DNA of 37,961 nucleotides from an uncultured Eubacteriales bacterium. Lineage in GTDB: Bacteria > Bacillota > Clostridia > TANB77 > CAG-508. Below are positions 17,626 through 31,941 of the stretch, piece after piece. Below the pieces are notes generated by a model. It saw only the letters and a list, made by a program, of their open reading frames with translations. It was not told where the DNA came from and made no database searches. The position numbers and the translations under genes were made by a program. The stretch lies in NCBI GenBank assembly GCA_963546185.1, contig CAUULU010000002.1, positions 1 through 37,961 on the forward strand. The letters run 5' to 3'. Position 1 is the stretch's first letter, and the number at the start of each line of letters is the position of its first letter.

Positions 17626-19225
17626 ATGGAAAATATAATTAGTAGCTCAACAATAAATAGAAAAAAGGCAGAACAAGAAAAATATGGAAAAGAAAATTTA
17701 AATAATTATGTACATAGTGGAAGTAGTTTTATGGAATTTACTAAACAAAGACAAAAATTAGGAATAGATAAAACAGAAACAATTGATTCTAAAAATGGAA
17801 TAGATTATCTACAAAAAAAACATAATATGTTTAAAGATCCTGAAAATCTGTTAAATCAAGCTGAAAGAAATAAGAATCAAGAAGAAGGACTTGCAGATAT
17901 ATATACTAAAAACTATATGAAAGAATTTAATGATAAAACTGAAAAAGATACTGAAAATGTATCAAATAATTTGAATAGTTCAGTTGGAGTTTTAGAAGAT
18001 ATTTATGAAAATACAAAAAGAACAAATGGTTGGAATGAATATGGAAAAACTTTAGAAAATAGCGTTAAACTAGCATCAGATGGAGAAAATATAAGTATAA
18101 CAACTATAGATAATAATTCTAGAAAAAAAGAAGGAAAAGAAGAACCAGAAAGTATATTACCACAAGGTGTAACAATATGTGGAGGATATATAAAACATAG
18201 TGATAAAAAAGAAGAATTTAAAGAACATCAAGAAAAAAAAGAAAGACCTAGTTATGATGTAAATAGTTATGTGAAAAGCACAACAACATATAAAAGGGAA
18301 CAAGAAGATGATGTAAATTCAAAAATGTACACAGAATACTTATACAAAAATTCATACAAAAGTTATAATAGAGAAGATGAAATAAAAGACTTACAAATAG
18401 GTATAGCAAAAGAAGAAAACAAGACTATGGACTCATCAAAAAATAGTACTGTTATTAATAATGCAAATAATCATAATAACAGCACTACTGCTAACATTAC
18501 GAATAATAATATTACTAGTAGTGTAGAAGAATATATAAATACTATAAAAGAAAAAATAAAAGATACTGAAAAAAATGAAGAATCTAATTATAGAGATACA
18601 AGTCGTGATAAAGAAGAAAAAAAGGAAGAAAAGAAACCAAGATTTGTACATAAAGCAAGCTGGTATAGTGTAGAAGAAGATGATGAGGAAGAGTTAGAGA
18701 AGAAAGTAGAAAGGAATTTAGAAATAAATAATAGAGAAAATATGGAAGAAAAAGAAGTATATTTAACAAAAGAAGGTTATGAAAAATTAGAAGAAGAATT
18801 AAAAATATTAAAAACAGAAGAAAGAGATAATATAGAAGAAAGAATAAAAATAGCAAAATCATATGGAGATTTATCAGAAAACTCAGAATATGATGAAGCA
18901 AGATCAGCACAAGCTGCAAATGAAAACAAAATAGCAGAAATAGAACAAATGCTAAAAAAAGCAAAAATAATAGATGAAAAAGATATAGATACAACAACTG
19001 TACAAGTTGGAAATACAGTATATATAACAAATATAGCAAATAATAAGGAACAAAAATACACAATAGTAGGGACTGCTGAGGCAAATGTATTACAAGGTAA
19101 GATATCAAATGAATCACCAATAGCAAAATCACTACTTCGGAGCAAAGGTAGGAGAAGTAATACAAGTAGAAGCACCAGTAGGAATAGTTGAATACAAAGT
19201 TAAAAAAATAACATTAGAAAGATAA
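17626..19225 (+). CDS. greA: transcription elongation factor GreA with a ~370 aa low-complexity N-terminal extension; one CGG(+1) site at 19138
   Basis: An AAAGGAG RBS precedes ATG17626. The C-terminal 160 aa reads VYLTKEGYEKLEEELKILKTEERDNIEERIKIAKSYGDLSENSEYDEA...ISNESPIAKSLL-G-AKVGEVIQVEAPVGIVEYKVKKITLER*, which is a full GreA. Confidence 0.8.
19138..19141 (+). other. in-frame CGGA read as one Gly (+1 recoding site)
   Basis: CTT CGG A: SPIAKSLL-G-AKVGEVIQVEAP (greA). Confidence 0.95.
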
Positions 19226-19240
19226 AATAAAAATATAAAT

Positions 19241-19279
19241 ATGAGAGTGCAAGCTAATAAGGAAGGTACTCTCATTTTA
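19241..19279 (+). terminator. possible terminator after greA
   Basis: ATGAGAGT ... ACTCTCAT 8 bp stem with a large 19 nt loop, followed by TTTTAT. Confidence 0.45.
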
Positions 19280-19297
19280 TAGGTATAAGGGGGAAAT

Positions 19298-20562
19298 TTG
19301 AGAAAAAATAAGTATGGTAAAGAGATAGAATTACTTGCACCTGCAGGATCATATGAAAAAGCAATAATAGCATTTAAATATGGAGCAGATGCAATATATA
19401 TAGGGACACCTAAAATATCATTAAGAACAAAGGCAAAGATAGAACAAGAAGATTTAGAAAAAGTAGTAACATATGCACATTCACATGGAAAAAAAGTATA
19501 TGCAGCAATAAACATATATGCAGATGATGACCAATATGAAGATATAATAGAACAATGTAAAATGCTAGAAGAACTAAAAGTAGATGGAATAATAGCAGCA
19601 GATGGTGGGATTATAGAAACAATAAAAGAATATGCGCCATCAATACCAATAAATATAAGTACACAAGCAAATACAATAAGTTTACCTGCATGTAAGTTCT
19701 GGAAAAATAATGGAGCTAAAAGAGTAATATTAGGAAGAGAAATAAATATTGAAAACTTAAAAAAGATTATGAATGATAAAGATGATGATTTAGAAGTAGA
19801 AATATTTATACACCGGAGCAATATGTTTTGCATATTCAGGAAGATGTTACCTAAGCGATTTTATAGTAGGAGAACAAGCAAGTGCAAATAAAGGAAAATG
19901 TGCACAGCTTTGCAGATGGAACTATAATCTATATGTAGAAAATCCAAAGAATAAAGGAGAACTATATCCTGTTATGGAAGATGAAAATGGTATGACAATA
20001 TTTTCATCAAAAGACTTATGCTTAATAGATGAATTACCAGAAATAGTAGAAATGGGAATAGATAGTTTAAAAATAGAAGGAAGATTAAAGACAGAAAACT
20101 ATTTAGCAAGTATTGTAAATACATATAGATGTGCATTAGATACAATATTAGATGGTAAAGAATATGATAAAGATAAGTTTAGAGCAGAAATAGACAAGGT
20201 AAAAACAAGAGCATTAACTAAGTTTAATTTTAATATTAAATCAAATGATAAAATTGATGAAATACAAGATTTAAAAGGAAGACAATATAATGATAAATAT
20301 CAATTTGGTGCAATTGTTGATGAAAAATTAGAAAACCGGAATGTATAGGGTATATATAAAAAATCAATTAAAACTGGGAGATAATTTAGAAATAATAATA
20401 CCAGGAGTATTAGAACCAATTAAATTTAAGATAGAAAAACTTGTATCTGTAGATACAGGAGAAGATATTGAGGTTGTAAACCCAGGAGTTAAAGACCAAC
20501 AGGTTATAATGAATATACCAGTTGATGCAGAAAAATTCTATGTTATAAGGAAAGAAATATAA
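19298..20562 (+). CDS. peptidase U32 family protein (PrtC/collagenase-like); two CGG(+1) sites (19814, 20337)
   Basis: TTG start after a GGGGGA RBS. Reads ELLAPAGSYEKAIIAFKYGADAIYIG...[42 protein letters not shown]...KLEN-G-MYRVYIKNQLKLGD. The U32 signature (HGA.C..YSGRC.LS....R.AN.G.CAQ.CR) is restored only after the shift. Confidence 0.8.
19814..19817 (+). other. in-frame CGGA read as one Gly (+1 recoding site)
   Basis: CAC [20 protein letters not shown] (U32 signature). Confidence 0.9.
20337..20340 (+). other. in-frame CGGA read as one Gly (+1 recoding site)
   Basis: AAC CGG A: EKLEN-G-MYRVYIKN (U32 C-terminal domain). Confidence 0.75.
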
Positions 20563-21340
20563 ATGGAAAATATAGTAAAAGATTATAATAAAGAATATGG
20601 AAATTATGAATATAATGATATGTTCCAAAGACAGATATTACTTTTAGGAGAAGAAAATCAAGAAAAAATAAGAAATACTAAAATAGCAATATTTGGACTT
20701 CGGAGGAGTAGGTTCATTTGTATTTGAATCTTTTGCAAGAAATGGTATAGAAAATATGATTCTTTGTGATAAAGATATAGTAGATGTAACAAACTTAAAT
20801 AGACAACTTGTTGCAGAAATAGGAAATATTGGAAGAAAAAAAGCAGAAATTGCAAAAGAATTAGTACATAGAGTAAATAGTAATGTTAAAGTATATGATA
20901 TATGTAAGGAAATAAAAGATTATAGTGATTTAGAAGAAATATTTGAAAATACATTTTATCCAGACTATATAATAGATGCAGTTGATGATATAAATGCTAA
21001 GATTATGATAATAAGATATGCAACAGAAAAAGGAATAAAGATTATAACATCTACAGGGGCAGCACAAAAGACAAAGCCATGGATGGTAAAAATGGATAAA
21101 ATATATAATACTAAAAATTGCTCACTTGGTAAAATATTAAGAAAAAGATTAAAAGATATAGAAAAAGAAGAAAGAATAGAAAATAATAAGAAAATATTAT
21201 TCAAAAATGTATATTCAATATATTCAGAAGAGATACCACAAAAATCACAAGGTGTAAATAAGACTCTTATGGAGGTTACATCAACATATGGAATATTTAT
21301 AGCGGCATATGTTATAAATGATATTTGCAAAAAACACTAA
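20563..21340 (+). CDS. ThiF/MoeB-fold enzyme, TcdA/CsdL-like tRNA t6A dehydratase; one CGG(+1) site at 20701
   Basis: Reads MENIV...FQRQILLLGEENQEKIRNTKIAIFGL-G-GVGSFVFESFARNGIENMILCDKDIVDVTNLNRQ. The 5' part (20563-20700) is absent from the ORF track. The Rossmann GxGGxGS loop spans the site. Confidence 0.75.
20701..20704 (+). other. in-frame CGGA read as one Gly (+1 recoding site)
   Basis: CTT CGG A: IAIFGL-G-GVGSF (ThiF-fold nucleotide loop). Confidence 0.9.
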
Positions 21341-21446
21341 TATAGTATATAATACAATTATGAAATAAATATGAAAAAATAAATCTATTACTTGGATATA
21401 CGAAATGTCGGTGTATATCTATGTTTTAGAGGATAAGGAGAGGAAA

Positions 21447-21713
21447 ATGACAAAAGAAAGAAAAGAACAATTAATAAAAGAATACGGAAGAAATGGACAA
21501 GATACAGGTTCTGTAGAAGTACAATTAGCATTATTAACAGAAAGAATAAATGAACTTACAGAACATTTAAAAGTTCATAAAAAAGATAACCACTCAAAAG
21601 TTGGATTATTAAAATTAGTAGGTAAGAGAAGAAATTTCATGAAATACTTAGCTAAAAAAGATTTAAAAACATATTTAGAAGTAACAACTAAATTAGGAAT
21701 AAGAAAAAAATAA
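21447..21713 (+). CDS. rpsO: 30S ribosomal protein S15
   Basis: An AAGGAGAGG RBS is present. Reads [68 protein letters not shown]. The CGG at 21485 is out of phase (TAC GGA). Confidence 0.9.
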   Translation: MTKERKEQLIKEYGRNGQDTGSVEVQLALLTERINELTEHLKVHKKDNHSKVGLLKLVGKRRNFMKYLAKKDLKTYLEVTTKLGIRKK

Positions 21714-21810
21714 TCAATTAAAATAGTTTAAAATAAATGGTCTAAAAAATACAAAGATTTTTTGGGCTATTTTTACTATATAATTACTAAAGAAAAGTGG
21801 GGATAATGAT

Positions 21811-22650
21811 ATGGATAAAAAAGAAATTAAAAATATAAACCTATGGATAGCGTTAATTGTATTAATTATGATAGGAATACCATGTATATATTATTTGGTA
21901 AATAGAATATGTTTTGTATGTACAATAGAAAATATTTCTCAAGATATATCTAAAAAATTTGAAGAAGAAAATAGGCAAAAGCTTGAAAAAAGTTATGAAG
22001 AAGACTATATAGTAAATGCAGAAGGAACATATAAGAAAAGTGATATTAAGAAAGATGAAATTTTAGAAAAACAGAATATACAAGAATTTGATGAAAAGAT
22101 ATATGATAATAAATATTTAAAAGAAAAATCTTCAAATATAATAATAGCAAGAGTAAAAGATGCAAAAGGAATAGTATCTTCATATACTTATGAAAATGAA
22201 GGAAAAGAAAAAACAAGAAAAAGAATTGATACAGAAGCAAATCTAGAAATAATAGGACAATTAAAGGGAAGCATTAAAGAAAATAATATAAAGATGATAT
22301 TAAAAAATACAGGTATTGTTCCAAAAGAAAAATATACAAGAATAGAATCAGATGATAAACTTTCAGATGAAGAAGAGAAAAAATATAAATATATAGAGCA
22401 AAAAGATATAGAACAAAAAGTTTTCTTAGAAGAAGGAAAGATATACTTATTCTTCTTAAAATATAATAGCAAAGAAAATATTTATGAAGCAGGATATCCA
22501 GATGTATATGTAAGAGAATTAAATAAGATGAGCAAGAAAAAACTTGTAGAAGAAATAGAAAAGTATAATGGGAATGGTAAGATTTCTGATGAAATAGAAG
22601 TAAGAAAAACAAAAGAACAAGGATATGAAAAATTAAATACGGTTATATAA
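21811..22650 (+). CDS. hypothetical membrane-anchored protein
   Basis: Intact ORF with a GGGG RBS and one N-terminal TM segment, followed by a strong terminator. I recognise no family. Confidence 0.55.
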   Translation: MDKKEIKNINLWIALIVLIMIGIPCIYYLVNRICFVCTIENISQDISKKFEEENRQKLEKSYEEDYIVNAEGTYKKSDIKKDEILEKQNIQEFDEKIYDNKYLKEKSSNIIIARVKDAKGIVSSYTYENEGKEKTRKRIDTEANLEIIGQLKGSIKENNIKMILKNTGIVPKEKYTRIESDDKLSDEEEKKYKYIEQKDIEQKVFLEEGKIYLFFLKYNSKENIYEAGYPDVYVRELNKMSKKKLVEEIEKYNGNGKISDEIEVRKTKEQGYEKLNTVI

Positions 22651-22693
22651 AAGATTATATAATTAGAATAAAATAGTATAATAAAAAAGATTG

Positions 22694-22737
22694 AAATCTA
22701 AAGATATTTAAGATGTTGATATCTTTAGATTTTTTGG
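22694..22737 (+). terminator. rho-independent terminator
   Basis: AAATCTAAAGATAT / ATATCTTTAGATTT perfect 14 bp stem followed by TTTTT. Confidence 0.85.
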
Positions 22738-22778
22738 TTATAATTAGCTATTAATATATAAAATATTATAATAAACTC

Positions 22779-22807
22779 TTTACAATTATGTTAAAAATGT
22801 ATAAAAT
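22779..22807 (+). promoter_or_regulatory. sigma-A type promoter candidate for the clpC-like gene
   Basis: TTTACA, a 17 nt spacer, then TAAAAT, followed by an 8 bp 5'-UTR hairpin (22812-22838, TTAGCAGT/ACTGCTAA). Confidence 0.4.
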
Positions 22808-22895
22808 ATGTTTAGCAGTAAAGAAGAAAGACTGCTAAAAAGATAAAATTAAACTAAAATTAGTTTAAAGCTATGAGTTTAGGAAAGAGGGCTTA

Positions 22896-26877
<3,982 letters not shown>

Positions 26878-26916
26878 TAATAGTAATAAAGCAAAATAAT
26901 ATATAGTAAAAACAAG

Positions 26917-26950
26917 AAAAGACTTCAATTAATTTCAATTGAAGTCTTTT
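26917..26950. terminator. bidirectional rho-independent terminator between convergent tgt and the LRR gene
   Basis: AAAAGACTTCAATT / AATTGAAGTCTTTT perfect 14 bp stem, flanked by A-runs and T-runs on both sides. Confidence 0.85.
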
Positions 26951-26962
26951 TATAATTTATGA

Positions 26963-28168
26963 TTATTTTAATCCTGCAGGTAATGTGCTGTAATTTGATG
27001 CTGATGTACATCCAGCAAATACAGAAAAATGAGAAGGGATAGAGATACATTTATTAATTATGTTTTGAGGTATATTAGATAAATGAGTACAATTTCTAAA
27101 TGCGTAATTTACTGCAGTAATATTAGGATTATTTGCAAAAAGATTTTCAGGTATAGAAGTTATTCCTGATTCTGCAAAAGCATTATCAAATGTAGTTGCA
27201 TTAATATTATATTTAAATAGGTTTTCAGGTATAGATGTTATATTTTTACAATTATAAAATACATTATAGAAATATTTTGCATTAACACAATTTTTAAATA
27301 AGTCTTCAGGAATTTCAGTTATGTTATTACAATTATCAAAACTACTCATAGTAATAACATGTTGTTTATTAACAAATAGGTCTTCTGGTATTTTATTAAA
27401 AATGGCTGAATTATATCTAACAGATAATAGATCAGGTTCAGGGGAGTAAATCTTATCTACTGCATGTAAAGTTATAGTAGACTCTTCATTTTTTCCCCAA
27501 TTTATAATATCAATAGATGCAAAAGAATTATTTATTTTAACCTCAAGTCCGCTTAAACCACTCCAAGAATATTCTGAAAAAAGCTTTAAAGTATATTTTC
27601 CAGGAGTGTATGTTTTAGTTACAGATGGACCATAATAACCTTCGTATTTAACTTCACCAGTAGAACCGTCATGAAATTCAGCTTTAATGGGAGCACCAGT
27701 TCCAAAGTGAATAAGCTCTAAATTGGTATTGTTTTTTATATTAAGTCTTAAAACTAATTTATTCTTATCTTCATCTGCTATTGTAGGAGTGTCTGAGTCT
27801 GTTGAAAGTTTTTCAAGTTCTTTAAGTAAATTTTCTTTAGTATCAATGACTTCATTATTTTTATTAATAATATTATCACCAACAATATTATACTTACTTA
27901 AAAAGTTAGTTTCAGATAATACAGCTTCAGCTTTTGGATCAGGTTGACTATTTTCTATAGCTTTTGTTTTTAAGTTTAAATATTCAAGTTTAGCATCATC
28001 ATAAAGTTCTGATTTTTCTTGTTCTATTTTAGCTTGATTAGCCTTGGAGATAAGACCATTTTCTCCAAGAGTAAGCTGTATAGCAATAGCTGCTAAAAGT
28101 AGCATAATTATAATAGTAATAACAAGTGCAATTAAAGTTATTCCATTTTTATTTTTATATATTTTCAT
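26963..28168 (-). CDS. surface protein: pilin-like N-terminal helix + DUF285/BspA-type leucine-rich repeats
   Basis: A GGAGG RBS is present. The N-terminus is MKIYKNKNGITLIALVITIIIMLLLAAIAIQLTLGENGLISKA. The C-terminus has ~25 aa repeats (ITEIPEDLFKNCVNAKYFYNVFYNCKN / ITSIPENLFKYNINATTFDNAFAESG / ITSIPENLFANNPNITAVNYAFRNCTH). There is no in-frame CGG, and two out-of-phase CGGs (AGC GGA, GAC GGT) are silent. Confidence 0.8.
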   Translation of the reverse strand: MKIYKNKNGITLIALVITIIIMLLLAAIAIQLTLGENGLISKANQAKIEQEKSELYDDAKLEYLNLKTKAIENSQPDPKAEAVLSETNFLSKYNIVGDNIINKNNEVIDTKENLLKELEKLSTDSDTPTIADEDKNKLVLRLNIKNNTNLELIHFGTGAPIKAEFHDGSTGEVKYEGYYGPSVTKTYTPGKYTLKLFSEYSWSGLSGLEVKINNSFASIDIINWGKNEESTITLHAVDKIYSPEPDLLSVRYNSAIFNKIPEDLFVNKQHVITMSSFDNCNNITEIPEDLFKNCVNAKYFYNVFYNCKNITSIPENLFKYNINATTFDNAFAESGITSIPENLFANNPNITAVNYAFRNCTHLSNIPQNIINKCISIPSHFSVFAGCTSASNYSTLPAGLK

Positions 28169-28400
28169 ATTTATCCTCCATATTTTTATAGCTTAATAGT
28201 ATATTGTAAATATAATATATTCAATTTATTATATAAATGGATATAGAAAATATATTAGATTGTAATAATCGTGTAACAATAATTAAATTTACTTTTATAT
28301 TAAGTTTATAATATTATACTTTAAATTACATTTAATTATATGTATAATAACAATGTATTAATATATTTTGAAATGAAAATATAATAGGTGGAGGAAAATT

Positions 28401-30353
28401 GTGAACAATAAGACAAACATTGTAAAATTACTAGGAAGAGTCCTTATATATAATTTTATTATAATAGTATTACTTGCAATAGGAGTATTTGCAGTAGCAT
28501 ATATTGATAATAACAGGGCGAAATTTGTTATAGATGGGAAAGAGGTAAAAAGTAGTTATTTATCTATGGTAAAAGAAATAGAAGGGAAACCATATTTATC
28601 ATTAGAAGATGTACTAAAATTACCACAAATGAAAATGTATAAGCTTAATAATCGGAAAATATGATGGAAGTAATACAGATAACCAATATTTCTATATTGA
28701 CTCATATTATGAAGCTGTACAGTTTGATAAGACTAAGAAGAATTTTACTAAATATATAAAGACAGATTATTTGGATAGAGAGCTTGATGAACAAGCAAAT
28801 ATTATTAAGACAAAAGAAGAAACAGAAAATAATATACAGCCAAAGCCAAGAACAAAAACACAAATGGATGAAACTATATTAAATCAAGAAGAATTTAGTT
28901 TAAAAGAATATATAAAAACAGAGAATACAAAAAAATATATATTATTAGAAGATGCAAAATATGTTTTTAATATTAATATAAGAAGAAGTGATGATGGAAA
29001 AATACTTACATTTGAAAGTATAAAATATTTAGAAAAATCTGTTGCAGGATATTTAAATAAAGAAGGATTATCACTTACAGATAATTACCAAAACAGAAGA
29101 GCTATTATAGACCGGATATTTAGTTGTATTAAATGCAGAAAATAAGTATGGGATATATGGAGTAGATTCAAGTGGACATGGATTTAAAAATGAAATAGCA
29201 TTACAATATGATGATTTAAGATATGCACAAAATAATAAGAATATATATGTAGCTAAAAAAGAAACAATAGGAAAAGAAACAGTATATAATATAGGAATAA
29301 CAAATATTGTTGATAAAAAACAAATAATTAAATTAGATAAATATGAAAAGATAGAAATATATCTAGGAGAAAAAGGAATATACAAGGTTGCTAAAAATAA
29401 GAAGTATGGACTTATAGACAAAGAAGGTAAAGTTCTTATTTCAGAAGAACAAGATGAGATAGGAATGTCTGTAGAAGATTTTGATACAGAAGAACAAGGA
29501 AAAATATTCTTTGATAAATTTGTACCAATAAAGAAAGCTGGAAAATGGGGAATATATCTAATAGAAAATGGTAAATCAAAAAGAATAGTAGATCCATTAT
29601 TAGCAGGATTAGGATATGAAAAGTATAAGTATGTAGAAAGAGATAGATCAGGATATATAACATTTACAACAGAAGATAAAAAATATTTAGAAAGAAAAGG
29701 GGTAAATGTTGAAAAATTTGATGGAAAACAATTAACAGAAGAAGAGTTATTATCAATAGGATTTACAACAGATAAAACTAAGATAGTAAATGGTGAAAAT
29801 GTATTAACAATACCAGCAAGTGAAGGATATGGTGGAATTGTTATAAAAACAGAATTAGGAAAATATGGTATTATATCATCAGAAGTAGGAACACATAACA
29901 ATGAACCAACATACCAATTTAGATTAGCACCTGTTGTAGATACTATATATAAGAGGATAGATAATCGGAAATGTTAAATATTATGCAACAGCTGGGAATT
30001 CAAAACCAGTAGAACTTAAAACATTAATACCTGTTGCAAGACAACAAGCATCAAGTAATACAAATTCAGGAAATCAAGGATTGGTAAGTCCTGCAGGAAA
30101 TGAGGTATCAATATCAGGTTCAGGGCAATCAAATATAGTACAACAAAACAATACTTCAAATACAGCACCTAATAATACAGGTATAAATAATGGGAATGGG
30201 AATGTAAATACAAATCAAAATACAAACCAAAATCAAAATCAAGTGCCAGGAGGACAAACAGGATTATCTGGAAATACAGGTAATTCTGTGCAATCTCAAA
30301 GACCAAATGTTAATAACAATACAGCTATAGTAGGAAATAGGAGCTTAAGATAA
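28401..30353 (+). CDS. membrane-anchored WG/KWG-repeat protein with an N/Q/G-rich C-terminal tail; three CGG(+1) sites (28653, 29113, 29966)
   Basis: GTG start after a GGTGGAGG RBS. ORFs 28401..28664, 28771..29145, 29465..29977 and 30081..30353 join with no stops in between. Repeats of the type NKYGIYGVDSSG, KKYGLIDKEGKVLIS, GKWGIYLIENGK and GKYGIISSEVG are present. Confidence 0.65.
28653..28656 (+). other. in-frame CGGA read as one Gly (+1 recoding site)
   Basis: AAT CGG A: YKLNN-G-KYDGSNT; the +1 frame stays open for 450 nt to the next site. Confidence 0.7.
29113..29116 (+). other. in-frame CGGA read as one Gly (+1 recoding site)
   Basis: GAC CGG A: RAIID-G-YLVVLNAENKYGIYG. Confidence 0.7.
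29966..29969 (+). other. in-frame CGGA read as one Gly (+1 recoding site)
   Basis: AAT CGG A: KRIDN-G-NVKYYATAG. Confidence 0.7.
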
Positions 30354-30373
30354 TTAGAATCAAGGAAGGAAAA

Positions 30374-31908
30374 ATGAAAAAAAATATATTAAAGAAAACA
30401 TATAATATAATATTAGTATGTATAATGCTAAGTTTAGTATTAGTAGGTATAATGGGAATAGTATATAATTTTAATGGGAATTTAGATAAGATAATATCAG
30501 GATATAAGATTTCAGATATTTTAGTTCCATATAATCAATATGAAATTATACCATCTGCTAAAATAATAGAAACAGAAGCATATATAGATAAAGATGGTAA
30601 TGTAATAAGAAAAGTTCCATCTAAAACAGATATAGGAAATATTGATTTACCAAATAAGGAAGAATTTGATGAAAAAGGTAATAAGAAGAACAAAACAGGA
30701 GAAACACAACCATCTGAACCTGTAGATAAGGAAGTACAAGAAAAGGGATATAAGATTGAAAAAAGACAATTCCCTGAAAATGATGAAAAAGTAATGAATA
30801 AGGTTGGGATGAAGAAAAGTGCTGAAATAATTGTTAGACAATTAAGAAGTGAAGGCTTTGAAAATGCTAGAGTTTCAGAAGATGAAAAAACAGGAAAGAT
30901 AGTTATAAAAGTGTCAGAAGAACTAGAAAAGGGTGGAATATTTGCAGCTAGTTCAAAGAAAAAAGAAAGTTCTAGCAAGGAAAAAGAAGCAGTTAAAAGT
31001 ATACTTCAAACAAGAGGAACACTAACAGTACAAGATCCAGATACTGGAAAAGAATATCTTACAGAAGAAAATATTAAATCTGTACATATTTTAAGAACAG
31101 AAAATGATGGAGCATTTTTAGAAATAAGACTTGATGAAAATGGTAAAAAAATACTTTCAGAAATATCTAGAAAATATAATATAGAAGAAAAACAAAAAGA
31201 AGGAAGCAGTGAAAAGACAAAAGTAAATCATAATATATTAATAAAAATTTCAGAAATGGAAGTATTAAGAGCACCATTTGCAGAACCAAATGATACTCGG
31301 AATATTACAATTAAAAATGCTTAATAGTGATAAATTAAAAGAAAGTGAAAATAAGGATAAGATAGAAGAAGCTTTAAGCGAAGTAAGAAGATTAAAAACA
31401 GCATTAGAACTTCGGAAAAACACCTATAAAATATACACTGCAAGATACAACAGAAAATGTACCTGCTGATATATCATCTACTACTTTAAAAGTTATAGCA
31501 ATAGTAGTTTTAATAGTAGTAATATTAATGGCATTATCATATATATATTTTATGGGAATAAGAGGAATATATTATACATTAGTACATATATCATATTTAA
31601 TGGTTGTAACACTGTTTATAAGATTTACTGATATAGTAATAACAATTCCAGGACTTGTAGGAATTTTAGTATTATATATTTTAGAATATCTAGTATTATT
31701 AAAAACTGTAAGAAACAAGGAAAGAGAAGAAGAGTTTAATCCTATGTATAATTTAGTAGAATTACTTTCTAAAACATATGTAATTGTTATATTATCAGTT
31801 GTATTAAGTTTTTCTACAAATATATTATTATCTTCACTTGGAATGACATTGTTTATTGGAATAATATTATTATTTACACATAATTTCTTGTTTAATAAGA
31901 AACATTAA
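30374..31908 (+). CDS. polytopic membrane protein with faint SecD-like organisation; two CGG(+1) sites (31298, 31413)
   Basis: Has an N-terminal TM segment, a ~300 aa extracytoplasmic domain, then ...PNDT-G-ILQLKM...KTALEL-G-KTPIKYTLQ.. followed by 4-5 TM segments. The ITIPGLVGILVLYILEYLVLLKTVRNKERE segment recalls SecD LTLPGIAGiiLtiGmaVDaNVlIfERirEE. The homology call is tentative. Confidence 0.55.
31298..31301 (+). other. in-frame CGGA read as one Gly (+1 recoding site)
   Basis: ACT CGG A: AEPNDT-G-ILQLKML. Confidence 0.7.
31413..31416 (+). other. in-frame CGGA read as one Gly (+1 recoding site)
   Basis: CTT CGG A: KTALEL-G-KTPIKYTLQ; connects the extracytoplasmic domain to the TM bundle. 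Confidence 0.7.
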
Positions 31909-31941
31909 GAGATTATTTTAAGAAGAAAGAGGAAATAAGGA

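Noticed and set aside
22740-22895. A CtsR operator or other heat-shock element (CIRCE) upstream of the clpC-like gene.
   Set aside because: No GGTCAAA direct repeat or TTAGCACTC-N9-GAGTGCTAA inverted repeat is present. The region has only a generic promoter-like match and a short hairpin.
30081-30353. The N/Q-rich ORF 30081..30353 as an independent small secreted or prion-like protein.
   Set aside because: Its frame is entered directly from the upstream WG-repeat ORF through the CGG at 29966 with no intervening stop. It has no RBS of its own and only a TTG start.
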